Positions 1 through 10,440 are shown, counted from the first letter of the whole stretch. The stretch: 63,298 nucleotides of DNA, filler included, from Guillardia theta CCMP2712 (GCF_000315625.1; 7 parts of 7 records of this genome joined end to end with filler, not necessarily neighbours in it); one strand, 5' to 3'. Made by a program: numbers and translations. Notes: a model not told the origin generated them from the sequence alone.

Positions 1-158
1 GTTTATTAGAATGCTAGAATGTTGCTCGGCCTCGTTGTGGGCTTATGCAATTTGATCCTAGTCTAAAGAGGCGCTCGAGCACTGGGAGTACACGGCCTAC
101 AATGCGAACCCTGCTTCTGAGGCGTCTTTCTACTCTCTACTTCTGCTGTCTTCTCTTG

Positions 159-305
159 GCTTCCTCAGCCTCAGTCAGGAGAGTTGCCTCTCCTCACCTT
201 GGCCTTCGGGCACCACCTACTCTACCTCCATTCAGCTTCCTCAGCCTCAGTCAGAAGAGTTGCCTCTCCTCACCTTGGCTTTCGGTCGCCTCCTACCTTC
301 TCTCC
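159..305. repeat. Two-copy imperfect direct repeat (period 76 nt) in the 3' UTR of element A
   Basis: gcttcctcagcctcagtcag(g/a)agagttgcctctcctcaccttggc(c/t)ttcgg occurs at 159 and 235. Confidence 0.9.
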
Positions 306-321
306 TTACCTTGAGCTCAGC

Positions 322-2469
322 TCAAGCTCGGTACGGGCTCGCCCCGTCTTCTTCCTCGCCCTCGCCTTGCTCTTCCTCCATGTCTTCCTCTTCTTCGTCA
401 TCCTCCCTCATCTCCACTCGCAGTCGGTCCTTCTTGTCCACCTTCAGCGAGCAGGCCAGCACATGCATCTCTGCGAATTTACTCAGTGCTATGAACAGGA
501 GGCTAAGAGATCGACGCTCTATGTCGTCGCTCTCCGCCTCCTGCTCAAGCTCAGCAGCTGCCGTTGCCCGTGGCGAGAACGCGCTGCCCCTCCTTGCCTT
601 CTTGCTCTCTCCTTGCACGCGAGTCCAGCGCTTGCTCTGCAGCCACTTCCCCAGCCTCTCCTTGAGCGCGTTGCGTCCCACTCCCTGCTCCTCTGGCATC
701 TTCGCCCACTCTCCCAGCGCCATGAACTCCAGGCTCCCCGGAGAGTAGAACGTGTCGTGGAGGTTGCCAACGGCCTTGTCCAGGACCAGCTTGATCGGCT
801 CGCTCGTCCCTGCCTCGTTCAAAGAAGCTGCATCTTCGATGACTGCTGACAGCTCGCTGACGAGCTGCATGTCCTCTTGGCTTGACGGAGATGCTGCCTC
901 CATTGTGATCCTCTCCAGGTCTGTAAACTCCAGCCACTCTCCCTCGCTCTCCTCCTGTCGCTGCGCTGCGTCGCTGGTGCCCCGCTGACCAGCCGCCTCA
1001 GAGTCAGGCTCCTTGTCGAAGCCGACTGCTTCGAGCTTGGTTGCTGCGCCTTCGAGATAGAAGGGCAGCTCCTTCATCATGCGTCGAGCATCCTCCGTGG
1101 AGCCGAGGAGGATGCATAGCTTGGACCCGTTCCAGGACTTGGTGTTCAAATCCTCCTCCATGTCGATGCCTTCAACGTTGATCTCGAGCCTGTTAGCGAT
1201 CTCCAACAAGACTCTCTTGACTCTTGCGATAGACGTGTTGCCGCCGTTGCACAGCCCCTCCATCTCCTTCCTCGTGAAGCGACCAGATGCCGCCGTCGAC
1301 TTGATGATGATCTTGATCTCCTTGCCGTCCTTGCCGCCTGCCTTCTTCTGCATCCTTGATGCCTTCTTCAACTTATTTCTGGACACAAAGCGATCAGCTG
1401 TCAACTCGACTGCGAGCGCCTCTCTGATCTTCGGGTCCTCGCTGAACAGAGTCAGGTGTACTCCCTCCATCGCTTCGCTCTCTCGGAAAGCTCGAAATGC
1501 TGTATCATTCGCCTCTGGGCAGCTCGAGGAGACGATCCACTCCACCTCCCTCTGTCTCCAGATGACGTTGGCCCCTACAGCGATGAAGCCTTTCTGACCT
1601 AAGCCTTTGTGGACTTGCTGTCCTGGCGCCCCAGCGACTAGCATGCCTGCCAGCGGCTGGAGTTGGACCGCTGCAAGGGACTGGCGCAGCAGCTGATAGC
1701 GATAGACGGCAGCTATCTCAGCCGTTGTCATGCCGCCCAAGGTTAGCAGGTGAGTCAGCTCTGCCAAGCTGCCCCCTTTGCCCCAGGGTCCTCTCTTGGC
1801 TCGAATCTTGAAAGATCGATCGTGCACGATGCTCACATGTACAGCTGTGAACTTGCGACCATCGATCGCGAAGTCCTCTCTTCCCTGCCAGAGCTTCTCC
1901 GCTTGTGCATTGCGGAGGAAGGAAACAGTCACCGGGATCTCCTCAGCACTCGCTATCTCGGGTCTATACGGAGCCTTCCACATGATTGCTTTACTCTCTT
2001 GCACTGAGTCTACGATCAGTCCGATCTCTTCAAATTTCTTCTTCAGCTTTTCTTCATGGTTGACATACACCGAGGAGATGCCCAGGAGAGTCATGGAGAT
2101 GAAGGAAGTCACCTCGTTGCCTGCTGAGGCGGTGTATGTCTCGACCTTCTCCTTCTTGGCTTCTTCAATCTGCTGCATAAACCACTCTCTGGATGCGTCA
2201 CTCCATCCAGTCATCGCTTCTTGCAGAAGCTCACGTCGTGCCTGCTGACATGTCGAGCGGATGGCTTCTGCGATAGCGTCGGGGGTGCATCCCTCCACAG
2301 CCTTGCAAGCCTGGGCTGTCCTGCTGTTCGGATAACGCTTCGCGAAGCTCTTCACCCTCTCGACGAGATCAGCTTCGAGGACAGAGGCATCCACAAGTCC
2401 GCTCTGCGTGTATTGGCATGATCTCCGATACAGCAGGTTGCGAACATTTTCATCATACTGAAGAACCAT
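322..2469 (-). CDS. ORF1p-like protein (~715 aa) with putative RRM-like segments and an acidic C-terminus; no RT or endonuclease motifs seen
   Basis: Intronless ORF. The ATG at 2469 (MVLQYDE) matches the ATG of copy B at 5282. The pattern ISMTLLGIS..EEKLKKKFEEIG..VTVSFLRNAQAEKL..IDGRKF resembles an RRM. No YxDD RT core or CCHC knuckle found by eye. Confidence 0.7.
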   Translation of the reverse strand: MVLQYDENVRNLLYRRSCQYTQSGLVDASVLEADLVERVKSFAKRYPNSRTAQACKAVEGCTPDAIAEAIRSTCQQARRELLQEAMTGWSDASREWFMQQIEEAKKEKVETYTASAGNEVTSFISMTLLGISSVYVNHEEKLKKKFEEIGLIVDSVQESKAIMWKAPYRPEIASAEEIPVTVSFLRNAQAEKLWQGREDFAIDGRKFTAVHVSIVHDRSFKIRAKRGPWGKGGSLAELTHLLTLGGMTTAEIAAVYRYQLLRQSLAAVQLQPLAGMLVAGAPGQQVHKGLGQKGFIAVGANVIWRQREVEWIVSSSCPEANDTAFRAFRESEAMEGVHLTLFSEDPKIREALAVELTADRFVSRNKLKKASRMQKKAGGKDGKEIKIIIKSTAASGRFTRKEMEGLCNGGNTSIARVKRVLLEIANRLEINVEGIDMEEDLNTKSWNGSKLCILLGSTEDARRMMKELPFYLEGAATKLEAVGFDKEPDSEAAGQRGTSDAAQRQEESEGEWLEFTDLERITMEAASPSSQEDMQLVSELSAVIEDAASLNEAGTSEPIKLVLDKAVGNLHDTFYSPGSLEFMALGEWAKMPEEQGVGRNALKERLGKWLQSKRWTRVQGESKKARRGSAFSPRATAAAELEQEAESDDIERRSLSLLFIALSKFAEMHVLACSLKVDKKDRLRVEMREDDEEEEDMEEEQGEGEEEDGASPYRA

Positions 2470-2571
2470 ACTTAGAAAGCTATTTGAAGTATACAAACCT
2501 CTCGCTTGCAGCTTCCTTGGCGCCCTGGCGGCTTCCCCTACACCTGGCAGGGAGCCATGCTGCCGAAAATA

Positions 2572-2702
2572 CCCTAAACCCTAAACCCTAAACCCTAAAC
2601 CCTAAACCCTAAACCCTAAACCCTAAACCCTAAACCCTAAACCCTAAACCCTAAACCCTAAACCCTAAACCCTAAACCCTAAACCCTAAACCCTAAACCC
2701 TA
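2572..2702. repeat. Perfect telomeric repeat (CCCTAAA)~18-19 (Arabidopsis-type TTTAGGG)
   Basis: Directly visible. The C-rich strand on + implies the chromosome end lies toward coordinate 1. Confidence 0.98.
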
Positions 2703-3232
2703 GTAGTAGTAGTAGTTGAGTTTATTCTAACAGGGATCTCGTGACCTGGCAGTTCGGCCCGACTTGGCTGGCCCTTATGGCAGCCGTGCTTCTGCTCTGC
2801 TCCCTCCTCTGATATACTTCAGTGGTCTTCCCCGGCCTCAGCCAGTGGAGTTTCCTCCGCCGGCCTTGGCCTGGGTCGTCCGTGCTTTCAACTTGTGTTG
2901 CTTCCTCGGCTCCGACACACCTTGGCGGTCTCGGCCGGCCTTCGGCCAGTGAGTGAATGAGGGATAAGGTGGTAGGTGGAATGCGTATGGGTCCCTGGGA
3001 CTCACGTCCCTTCCGAGTTCCCCCGGGCCTCGGTCCGGACCGGGCCCGAGAGCCCGGCCGGCCTCCGCCCGGCCTCCTCCTCCCGGCCCCCCTCCCCCCT
3101 CCCCCACCGGCTTACCTGCCCTTACCTTCGTTGCTTGCCCCATGTCCACCTCATTTATTTCTTCCTCCTTCCCCCCTTGGGGCCCACAGCTCCGCTCCGC
3201 CTCTTGTCCACCTCTAAGACTTGACTCGAGCC

Positions 3233-5282
3233 TCAAGCGCGCGAGGGGCCTGCACCGGCCTCCTCCTCCACGGCCTCGTCCTCCTCAGCCTCCATGTCGA
3301 CTTCCTCCCTCATCATCAGCCGCAGTCGGTCTTGCTTGTCGACCTTGCCCGTGCAGCTCAACCCATGGTGCTCAGCAAATTTACTGATCGCAAGAAACAA
3401 GAGGCTTACAGATCGACTCTCGATGTCATCGCTCTCAGCCTCCTGCTCGAGCGCATCAGTCGCTGCTGCCCTTGGAGAGAAGGCGCTGCCCCTCCTCGCT
3501 GCCTTGTTCCCTTGCACCCGTGTCCAGCGCTGCTCGCCGAGGTACGCTCTGAGCTTTTCTTTCAAAATGTTTCGCTTCGATCCCAGCGTCGGCGTGGCTG
3601 CCCAAGCTCCGAGCGTCATGAACTCCACGTTGCCCGGCGAGCAGAAGGTGTCATGCAGCTTGCCAACACTCTTGTCTAGCTCCAGCGAGATCGGCTTGCC
3701 AGCTAGCAGCTCCTCCTCTGATGTCTCCAAGAGCATCGTCGAGAGGTCGAGCAAGACCTGTTGGTCGACTGGCCCTGACGGCGACGCTGCTTCCATAGTA
3801 ATCCTGTCGATGTCGCTGAGCTCCAGCCATCCAGCGCCTTGCTGCTGCCCTTGGGGCTCTTGGGCTTGCTCCTCGCTGCTCGGGCTCCTCTCCTCCTCAT
3901 GCTGAGGGTTGAGCTTAAAACCCATAGCTTCCAGCTTGACTTCCAGGATCCCTTCCAAGTAGAAGGGCATGTCTTCCATCAAGCGTCGAGCCTCTGCCTT
4001 GGTCGCCAGGGAGAGAGCTATCAGGCTCCCATCCCAGCTGAGCGTGTCACGATCCTCCTCGACCTCGACGCTGACCAGCTTGAGGTTCATTCTTCTTGCT
4101 AACTCCAACATGGCTCGCTTGACTCTCGTGATCGATGTGTTACCTCCTCCGCACAGCGCTTCCATCTCCTTCCTCGAGAAGCGGCCTGTGCTCATGCTTG
4201 ACCTCGACTTGATCTGTACTCTGAAGTTGCTGCGCCCCGCATGATCTCTCTCGCGAAGTGCCTTCCTCTGCTTGGCAATCTTTCCCCTCGGCACGAAGGT
4301 GTCGGCTGTGAGCTCGACTGCGAGCTTGGCGTCGTCGCTGATGAGAGTGAGATGCACCCCCTCCATCGCCTCGCTCTCTCTGAACGAGGCCAAGGTCTGC
4401 TCGCAACTTGCCGTCGAAGGCGAGCTGAGCACCCACTCCAGCTCTTTTTGCTGGAGAGTGCCCGTACTTGCCCCAACAGCGACATACGTCTTCGGGCTCG
4501 GCCCCTTGCGACCTCTCTGCCCAGGACCCTGCACGAGCATGCCTGCAAGCGGTTGTACCTCTGCGGCTGCAAGAGATTGCGAGAGCAGCTGAAATCGATA
4601 AATCTGAGCGATCTCGGCCGTCGACATTCCTCCGAGAGCTAAGAGCTGCGATAGCTCGGCAAGGCTCCCTCCCTTGCCCCAAGGTCCTCGCTTGGCTCGA
4701 AGCTTGAACGACCGGTCGTGTGCAATGCTCACCTCTGTGGCTCGGAAGGCTCTCCCTTCTATGCAGTATTCTCTCCTGCCTTCCCATAGCTCCATGGCTG
4801 CTTCATTCCGAAGGAAGGAGACGGTGACTGAGATGTCGTCTGCTCGTGCTATCTCAGGTCTGTAAGGTGCTTTCCACATGATGGCCTTGTCGACTCCATC
4901 GACTGAGTCTACCATGAGACCTAGCTCCATAAGCTTCGTTTTCAACTTTTCTTCTTGTCGAACAAACATCGAGGAAATCCCTAGGAGAGTCATGGAGATG
5001 AAGGAGGTCCCCTCGGTGCCTTCGGTGCCGATGTACTCCATTCACTCAGAGAGTCTTCAAACAGGTCGCGTCTCGCCTGCCGACAGCGTCGGGAGTGCAT
5101 CCCCCCTCAGCTCTGCAAGCCTGAGCTGTCCTACTACCAGGATACCGCTTCGCGAAGTTCTTCACCCTCTCGACGAGGTCGGCGGCCTCCTCGACGTGGC
5201 CTCCAGAGCGCTCGCCCTGCGTGTATTGGCATGATCTCCGATACAGCAGGTTGCGAACGCTCTCATCATACTGTAGTACCAT
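3233..5282 (-). pseudogene. ORF1p-like gene of element B, broken by two deletions near the N-terminus (ORFs 5046-5282 and 3233-5041)
   Basis: Long shared blocks with A (KAIMWKAPYRPEIA, RAKRGPWGKGGSLAEL, ESEAMEGVHLTL, RRGSAFSPRA). The peptide QARRDLFEDSLSEWS lies out of frame between the two ORFs. Confidence 0.8.
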
Positions 5283-5370
5283 GCTTAGAAGCTGTTTGAA
5301 CTATACCAAGAACTTGCTCGCAGCTTCCTCCGGTCCCCTTGCGCTCTCCCTACGCGCCGCGGATGTGCAT

Positions 5371-5577
5371 GCCTCGGGAAGGGGCGGCCTGCCTCGGGAA
5401 GGGGCGGCCTGCCTCGGGACTTGAAGGGGCGGCCTGCCTCGGGAAGGGGCGGCCTTGCCTCGGGAAGGGGCGGCCTGCCTCGGGAAGGGGCGGCCTGCCT
5501 CGGGAAGGGGCGGCCTGCCTCGGGAAGGGGCGGCCTGCCTCGGGAAGGGGCGGCCTGCCTCGGGAAGGGGCGGCCTC
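5371..5577. repeat. 10 tandem copies of 20-bp GCCTCGGGAAGGGGCGGCCT at the 5' end of element B
   Basis: Directly visible. One unit has a 5-nt insertion and one a 1-nt insertion. Confidence 0.95.
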
Positions 5578-5634
5578 CTGAACCCTAAACCCTAAACCCT
5601 GAACCCTAAACCCTAAACCTTGAACCCTAAACCC

Positions 5635-5636
<2 letters not shown>
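5578..5636. repeat. Telomeric tract with variant units (CCCTGAA, CCTTGAA)
   Basis: Directly visible. Confidence 0.95.
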
Positions 5637-5670
<34 letters not shown>

Positions 5671-5796
5671 GTGAGTTTATTAGAATGCTAGAATGTTGCT
5701 CGGCCTCGTGGTGGGCTTTTGCAATTTGATCCTAGTCTAAAGAGGCGCGCGAGCACTGGGAGTACACGGCCTACAATGCGAACCCTGCTTCTGAGG
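5635..5796 (-). mobile_element. 5'-truncated family A copy (126 nt plus an (ATA)12 tail) inserted in telomeric repeats
   Basis: 5675-5796 matches window 1-122 with 3 mismatches and no indels. The minus strand ends AATAAACTCAC(ATA)12GGGTTT, and telomeric repeats resume at ~5799. Confidence 0.9.
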
Positions 5797-5798
5797 TC

Positions 5799-5829
5799 TC
5801 TAAACCCTAAACCCTAAACCCTAAACCCT
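5799..5829. repeat. Short telomeric tract
   Basis: (CCCTAAA)~4. Confidence 0.95.
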
Positions 5830-5956
5830 TCTTCGTGATCCTCCTTCGTCGTCCCTATTGTAGCTGTTGCTGTCCTTTCAGTGCGCTTGTGCACAGAGCC
5901 ACATCGACTGCTTGACATGACCTGAGGTGAGGCTTGCTCTGATCAGTTGCCTCAAC
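5828..5956 (-). mobile_element. Coding-like fragment trapped between telomeric tracts; homologous to the relic at 29871-30021
   Basis: Its reverse complement aligns with 29871-30021 (shared aggacagcaacagctacaata.ggacgacg.agg), with many synonymous differences in one frame. Confidence 0.65.
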
Positions 5957-6172
5957 ACTAAACTCTAAACCCTGAACTTAACCCTAAACCTTGAACTGGG
6001 TTCTAAACCCTGAAAGCCTTCCGAGTTCTAAACCCTAAACCCTGTCCTCCGGGTCCCATTCCAGTCCGTCGGAGCCTGGTTTAGGGTTCCAATCCGAGCC
6101 CAGTCCGAGCCCGGTTTAGGGTTCCAGTCCGAGCCTGGTTCCAGTCCGAGCCCGGTTCTCCTTCCTAAACCC
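5957..6172. repeat. Degenerate telomere/subtelomere transition with CCAGTCCGAGCC repeats and inverted GGTTTAGGGTT motifs
   Basis: Directly visible. Confidence 0.8.
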
Positions 6173-6216
6173 CTTCCCGCATGGAGATGGCTTGAGCGTG
6201 CGCAGCGTCTGCCGCC

Positions 6217-9200
6217 ATGGAGCTAGGTATTCCCTCCTCCCTAAACCCTAAGTCAGGATTTTTGCATGCACTGTCATTGCATGCAAAAATGGTGGCTTTT
6301 TGCTTCATCAGACGTCACACCGAGGACGGAGATTACTGGCATCGGCATGATAAGCCTTGAAAATTTCGCCTCCAAACATGCTTTCACATGATGACTTGGG
6401 TGCGTCACAAGAGAATTTTGGAGCTTTGATGATCGAATTACTTTCAGAGCTAAACAACATCAGTTCATCGCATATTCAATGCTTAGCCTTGTTAAGTCTG
6501 GTTCAAGATATTATTTCTTTTCGAAGAGAAAACAGCATTAACAAAGCAACCAAATTTAGTTCCTCTCGTGGACTTCAAGCGATCAAGGTGGCCAGTTCAA
6601 TTCTTGATTGCCACATCGAAAAAGAACTATCTGGCACATGTCAGCTTGTCGCTATTGAATTGCGTTCATGGCTCAGATCCTTGTATGATCATCAATCAGC
6701 ACCCCCATTTCGAGTGGCCTCACTATCTCAGCTCGAGATGTCCCCTTGTGAGGATTCCAGGAATGAAATGAATACCACAGTTGCTTATCCAAGGATAGAG
6801 AAAGTCTTGGAATCAAAACGAAAAAAGAAACTCTATCAGAGAGCGGTGCCAACAGAAGGAAAGCATAGTTTCCAGGTTAACAACCCCAATCGCCAAAATA
6901 AGAATGAAAGAGCTGAAAGAAATACTCTCAAGTCAACGAACTTACAAAGCATGCATCAGACAATAAATCAAGCCGATATGTGCTCAAACGAAAGACGACA
7001 CACACATGTAAAATTTGTTTGCTATGCGAAAAATAGGTGAAATTGACAACTGAAAGAATTTCACAGTCTTTGGCGATGATAGAGGATAAACCTACCTCTT
7101 TCCAAACCCGCCTGCTCTTCGCTGCAACGTCTTGCAAAGCTGTCATGTTATCACTAGGATTAGAAGAGGCCTCAAGGGTTTTACGCTTGATTGAGGAGAG
7201 CCTTCGTTCTACTGTTGGTTCGAATTGATTGTTGCCGAGTTACTCGATCTGCTAATGTTTTTGCTCCACCTCGTCTCAACAGATGAGGAAGCTTTACTGC
7301 GAGCAGCTGGTTTCCTGTCCCACTGCGACTTTCGTGTTAGACAGCGTGCCACTAGCGCCTTAGCCTTGGTGGGTATGTGTTTGGACCGCCAGGCACTGGA
7401 GCATGGCGATAGCTTGGATATGACGGTAAACTTGAAGCTAATGTTCGACGAGCCTGTGGTAAATCCGAAGGAGCCAATTCGAGTTGACGGTGAAAAGTTT
7501 CTGGAAGGATTTTCCCTTGCTAATGCTTCTAGTTCTAGCACTATTGGCTATGAAGCATTTTTTGCTTGGACGACAATCCTATGCTTTTTGGAACCTCAGG
7601 GTCCAAGCGTTAAGCTTCCTGCTTCAGTTAATCTGCAATGAAGTGATTTCAACCTTTTGATTCATGACTCTGACTTACAACTAGATTGAAACGATCTGCA
7701 TCTTGGTTGGAAAGGTGATGCTAATCGTGGTTTCTGGAGTTATGACTCATCATGTAGGGTTCTCCTTCAGCTTGTCAAAAGGTCCGACGCAGAGGGTGTA
7801 AGTAGCATGAATTCTTGCCTATGCATGCAGACCGATAATTTCGCAGGTTCCTTCATCGCAACACTTCGGAACCACTGTGGTTTGAGCCGGTAGTAAAATG
7901 ATTGCGTATTTCTAGAACCTGAAAAGCTATCAGGACGATGAACGAATGTTTCAGCAAGAGAATGACAAGTTTCTAATCAAATTTCAATTCCTGTTCCGGC
8001 GTTGCGTCGGAGAATTGGAGGTTGGAAAGCGATATGCTTATCTTGTCCAAACTAATATGTGCAGTTGGACAAGCTTTGCTCCAAATATGATCAGACAAAG
8101 CAAAAAGTAGCTTCCTTTTTATTTTCCGCTTGACTGACTGATGTTGGAGGGCTCTCCGTTTCCTTGCTGGCTGCTTCTCGCAAGTGGGGGATATTGGTTG
8201 CCTCCCTCAAATCTGCTCGTCAAGACAGCGTTGGGTGCTGTGTGAAATTTGTTTTCAGTTTTTAGCTCACAAGTGCGTAGAGGTCTTCATGCATATTTCT
8301 GCAGATTCAAATGAAGGAAAGTCGGAATGTTTTTTGCATCCTGATTTGTTTCAATTTCAGATCTGATTGTTCGTGGTATTGACGAGATTTGCAGGTATGG
8401 ATATTGCTCTAGATGAAATACGCAATTTGACAAGGATATCAAGCGTAAGAAGATATGTGGGAAAGAGACTCTGCATCGAGTCACGTGCCTGGCAGGAGAC
8501 TCGCTCGCTCTTCTCGGCTCTCATCATGGAAGTGAAAGGTGTGAGTGAAAGTTACCTCAGGCAAGCTGCTGCTACCATGTTGCATCCAGACCACGGTCAG
8601 CGAGCGAACTCAATTGAGCCTATTCCAGAGGAGGAGAATAGTGCCGTTGTTATCGACGAAAGCTGCTGCTGGTTAGATATCGAGGTCTGTGTTGTCATCG
8701 GGACTGTTGCTGGAATGGGCAGAGGAGAAGCTGAAGATGGCGTTTCATCAATGGTGTGGGAATACAATGAGATATCTGCAGAAGAAGAAGCTCTCTATCA
8801 CGAGATCGCAAGCTTTCGTGAAAGATTATCTATCGCCTCGTTGCATTCAGGCGATCAAGACATTGAGCAACTACGAAGAAGATATTTGGAGTTGCAGGCA
8901 TTGCTTGCTCGAAGTAAGTTTTCTCGGCATGTTCAAAGCTTCGAAGTGGCCAGACGAAGTGGCAAACTGTGGGAACTTGCTTTTGCGAACGCACCAAGAA
9001 TAGGAAGAGACAAGTCGGTCAAAGCCTCCTTTTCTGTGTGCATTCCCTGTGGGACCTATCATGGAGCAGGAGAGCTGGGAGAAGCTATTCATGAGCAGCT
9101 AATCAGGACTCAACCATTCCTCCCCTTCCAGTGGCGCTTGTGCAGCAAGGGAACGGGACAGCAGGTCATCATATACTCAGATGGCCCATTTGCACGCTCG

Positions 9201-9509
9201 TTCGTGGACAGGAGGAGAGAACTGAGGTTAGAGCAGGCGGGGATAAGAGTCAGCTCTTCGAGTATTCGTTGCTTGCTGCGAATCCTGGGTCACACCGGCA
9301 CCCATGCTCATTCAGCTGCGAACTCCTTGCTTGGGTTCCCATCAGAGGACGGCGGATGGGCAGAATGGGCAAAGGTACGCACTTGAGGGTAGACAAGAGG
9401 AGAGTTGTGACGCTGTGCACAGGGTACCTTGCTGAAGAATCGTGCTCACCTGCACATGGAAGACGTTATTGGAAGAACAGGGAAGTGCTTCAAAGTGTAT
9501 CAGATGTAA
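6217..9509 (+). CDS. Multi-exon hypothetical protein (first gene inside the telomere)
   Basis: GCCGCCATGG start and a chain of + ORFs (6357-7040, 7037-7228, 7225-7641, 8367-9386) separated by short GT-AG introns. No family recognised; the model is approximate. Confidence 0.5.
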
Positions 9510-10440
9510 ACGATTTGTTCTCGTGGTCGAGAAAGAAATTGTTTCACGCTCCCCACTTCACTCAATCTCACCCTTCGTCTCCCTCCCTCCCTTGTCCCCC
9601 CCCCTCCAGGTCTCCCCCCCTCCCTCCATGTCTCCCTCCCTGTCTCCCTCCCTGGTCTCCCTCCCTGTCTCCCCCCTCCCTCCCTGTCTCCCTCCCTCCC
9701 TCCCTCCCATCAGGCTACTCAGGCGAGTCATTAGATGGCATGGTGACTGAGGACCAAGCTCAAGACTGTAAGAGACGACGACATCAAACAACCCGCGCAT
9801 GCCACTTGCATGCCACAAACTTTTACTGCATGACCAAGACGATAAGCTCGCCTCAGTGTTAAGAAAAAGAAAAGAAAAGAAATCTCGAAAAGACATGATA
9901 TCGAGATAAAGTAACGCCCCCTGATGTAGTGAGTGGTCGTAGGTTCACCACCCCTCTGAGTATCACCCCTACCCCCTAGTTATCTTTTATAACGTTCATC
10001 CGGTATCGTCGAATGACCACCCTGTGGGCTCAAATGACTACCCCACCCCAACTACCCCTTTCCCTCCCCCTTTCCTGCCTCTTCTCCCCCGTATCTTTTG
10101 GAACGGCTATGCAGTACCCAGTCCATTGTTTACCCTACCAGGCCCCACCCCCTTTTTTCACTCGAAATACCCGGTCCTTTAGTATCCCCACAAGCTACCA
10201 CCACTGATGGTTGTATTCAAAAGATTGTATTCAGTCGTATCTTGCAGACCCCTCCCATCTCCCTGAGTGCTACCCCAGGAGTAACCCCCATCCCTATGAC
10301 CAACCACCCCTGTTGTATGGATCATGATCATCACCCCTACTCTGACAAAAGATACCACCCCTCTTAATTCCCCAACCCCGCCCCCAACCTGCTTTATCTT
10401 TTCGATCCTCCGCGACCGGATCACGCATCCGAGGTACAAC

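Larger units (their letters stand above)
1..2570 (-). mobile_element. Telomere-inserted non-LTR-type element, family A (ORF1 only; 3' tail lies just outside the window)
   Basis: The 5' end abuts (TTTAGGG)n at 2571. It has a single long ORF. Its 3'-terminal 122 nt match the tailed copy at 5675-5796 with 3 mismatches, and its ORF is homologous to element B. Confidence 0.8.
2701..5578 (-). mobile_element. Telomere-inserted element, family B (~2.9 kb, both ends visible), with a (CTA)5 tail
   Basis: Flanked on both sides by telomeric repeats. The minus-strand 3' end reads AATAAACTCAA(CTA)5GGGTTTAGGG. It has a 5' 20-bp repeat array and an ORF homologous to element A. Confidence 0.85.

Noticed and set aside
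184-2248. + strand ORFs overlapping elements A and B
   Set aside because: Antisense shadows of GC-rich coding sequence; the conserved protein is on the - strand.
5371-5577. 20-bp array (and the 45-bp array at 19551-19689) as CRISPR
   Set aside because: No unique spacers, no cas genes, and a eukaryotic context.
1-5830. Athena/Penelope-like or HeT-A-type end-attaching elements
   Set aside because: Those have the 3' end proximal and the 5' end distal. Here the tails point toward the chromosome end on the G-strand, and no RT or hammerhead motif was seen.
2470-5870. TAA/TAG reassignment, suggested by in-frame stops at aligned codons in the element relics
   Set aside because: The long ORFs are free of internal TAR and host genes end in TAA (e.g. 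PsbQ-like, TM-RelA). Simple substitutions explain the stops.
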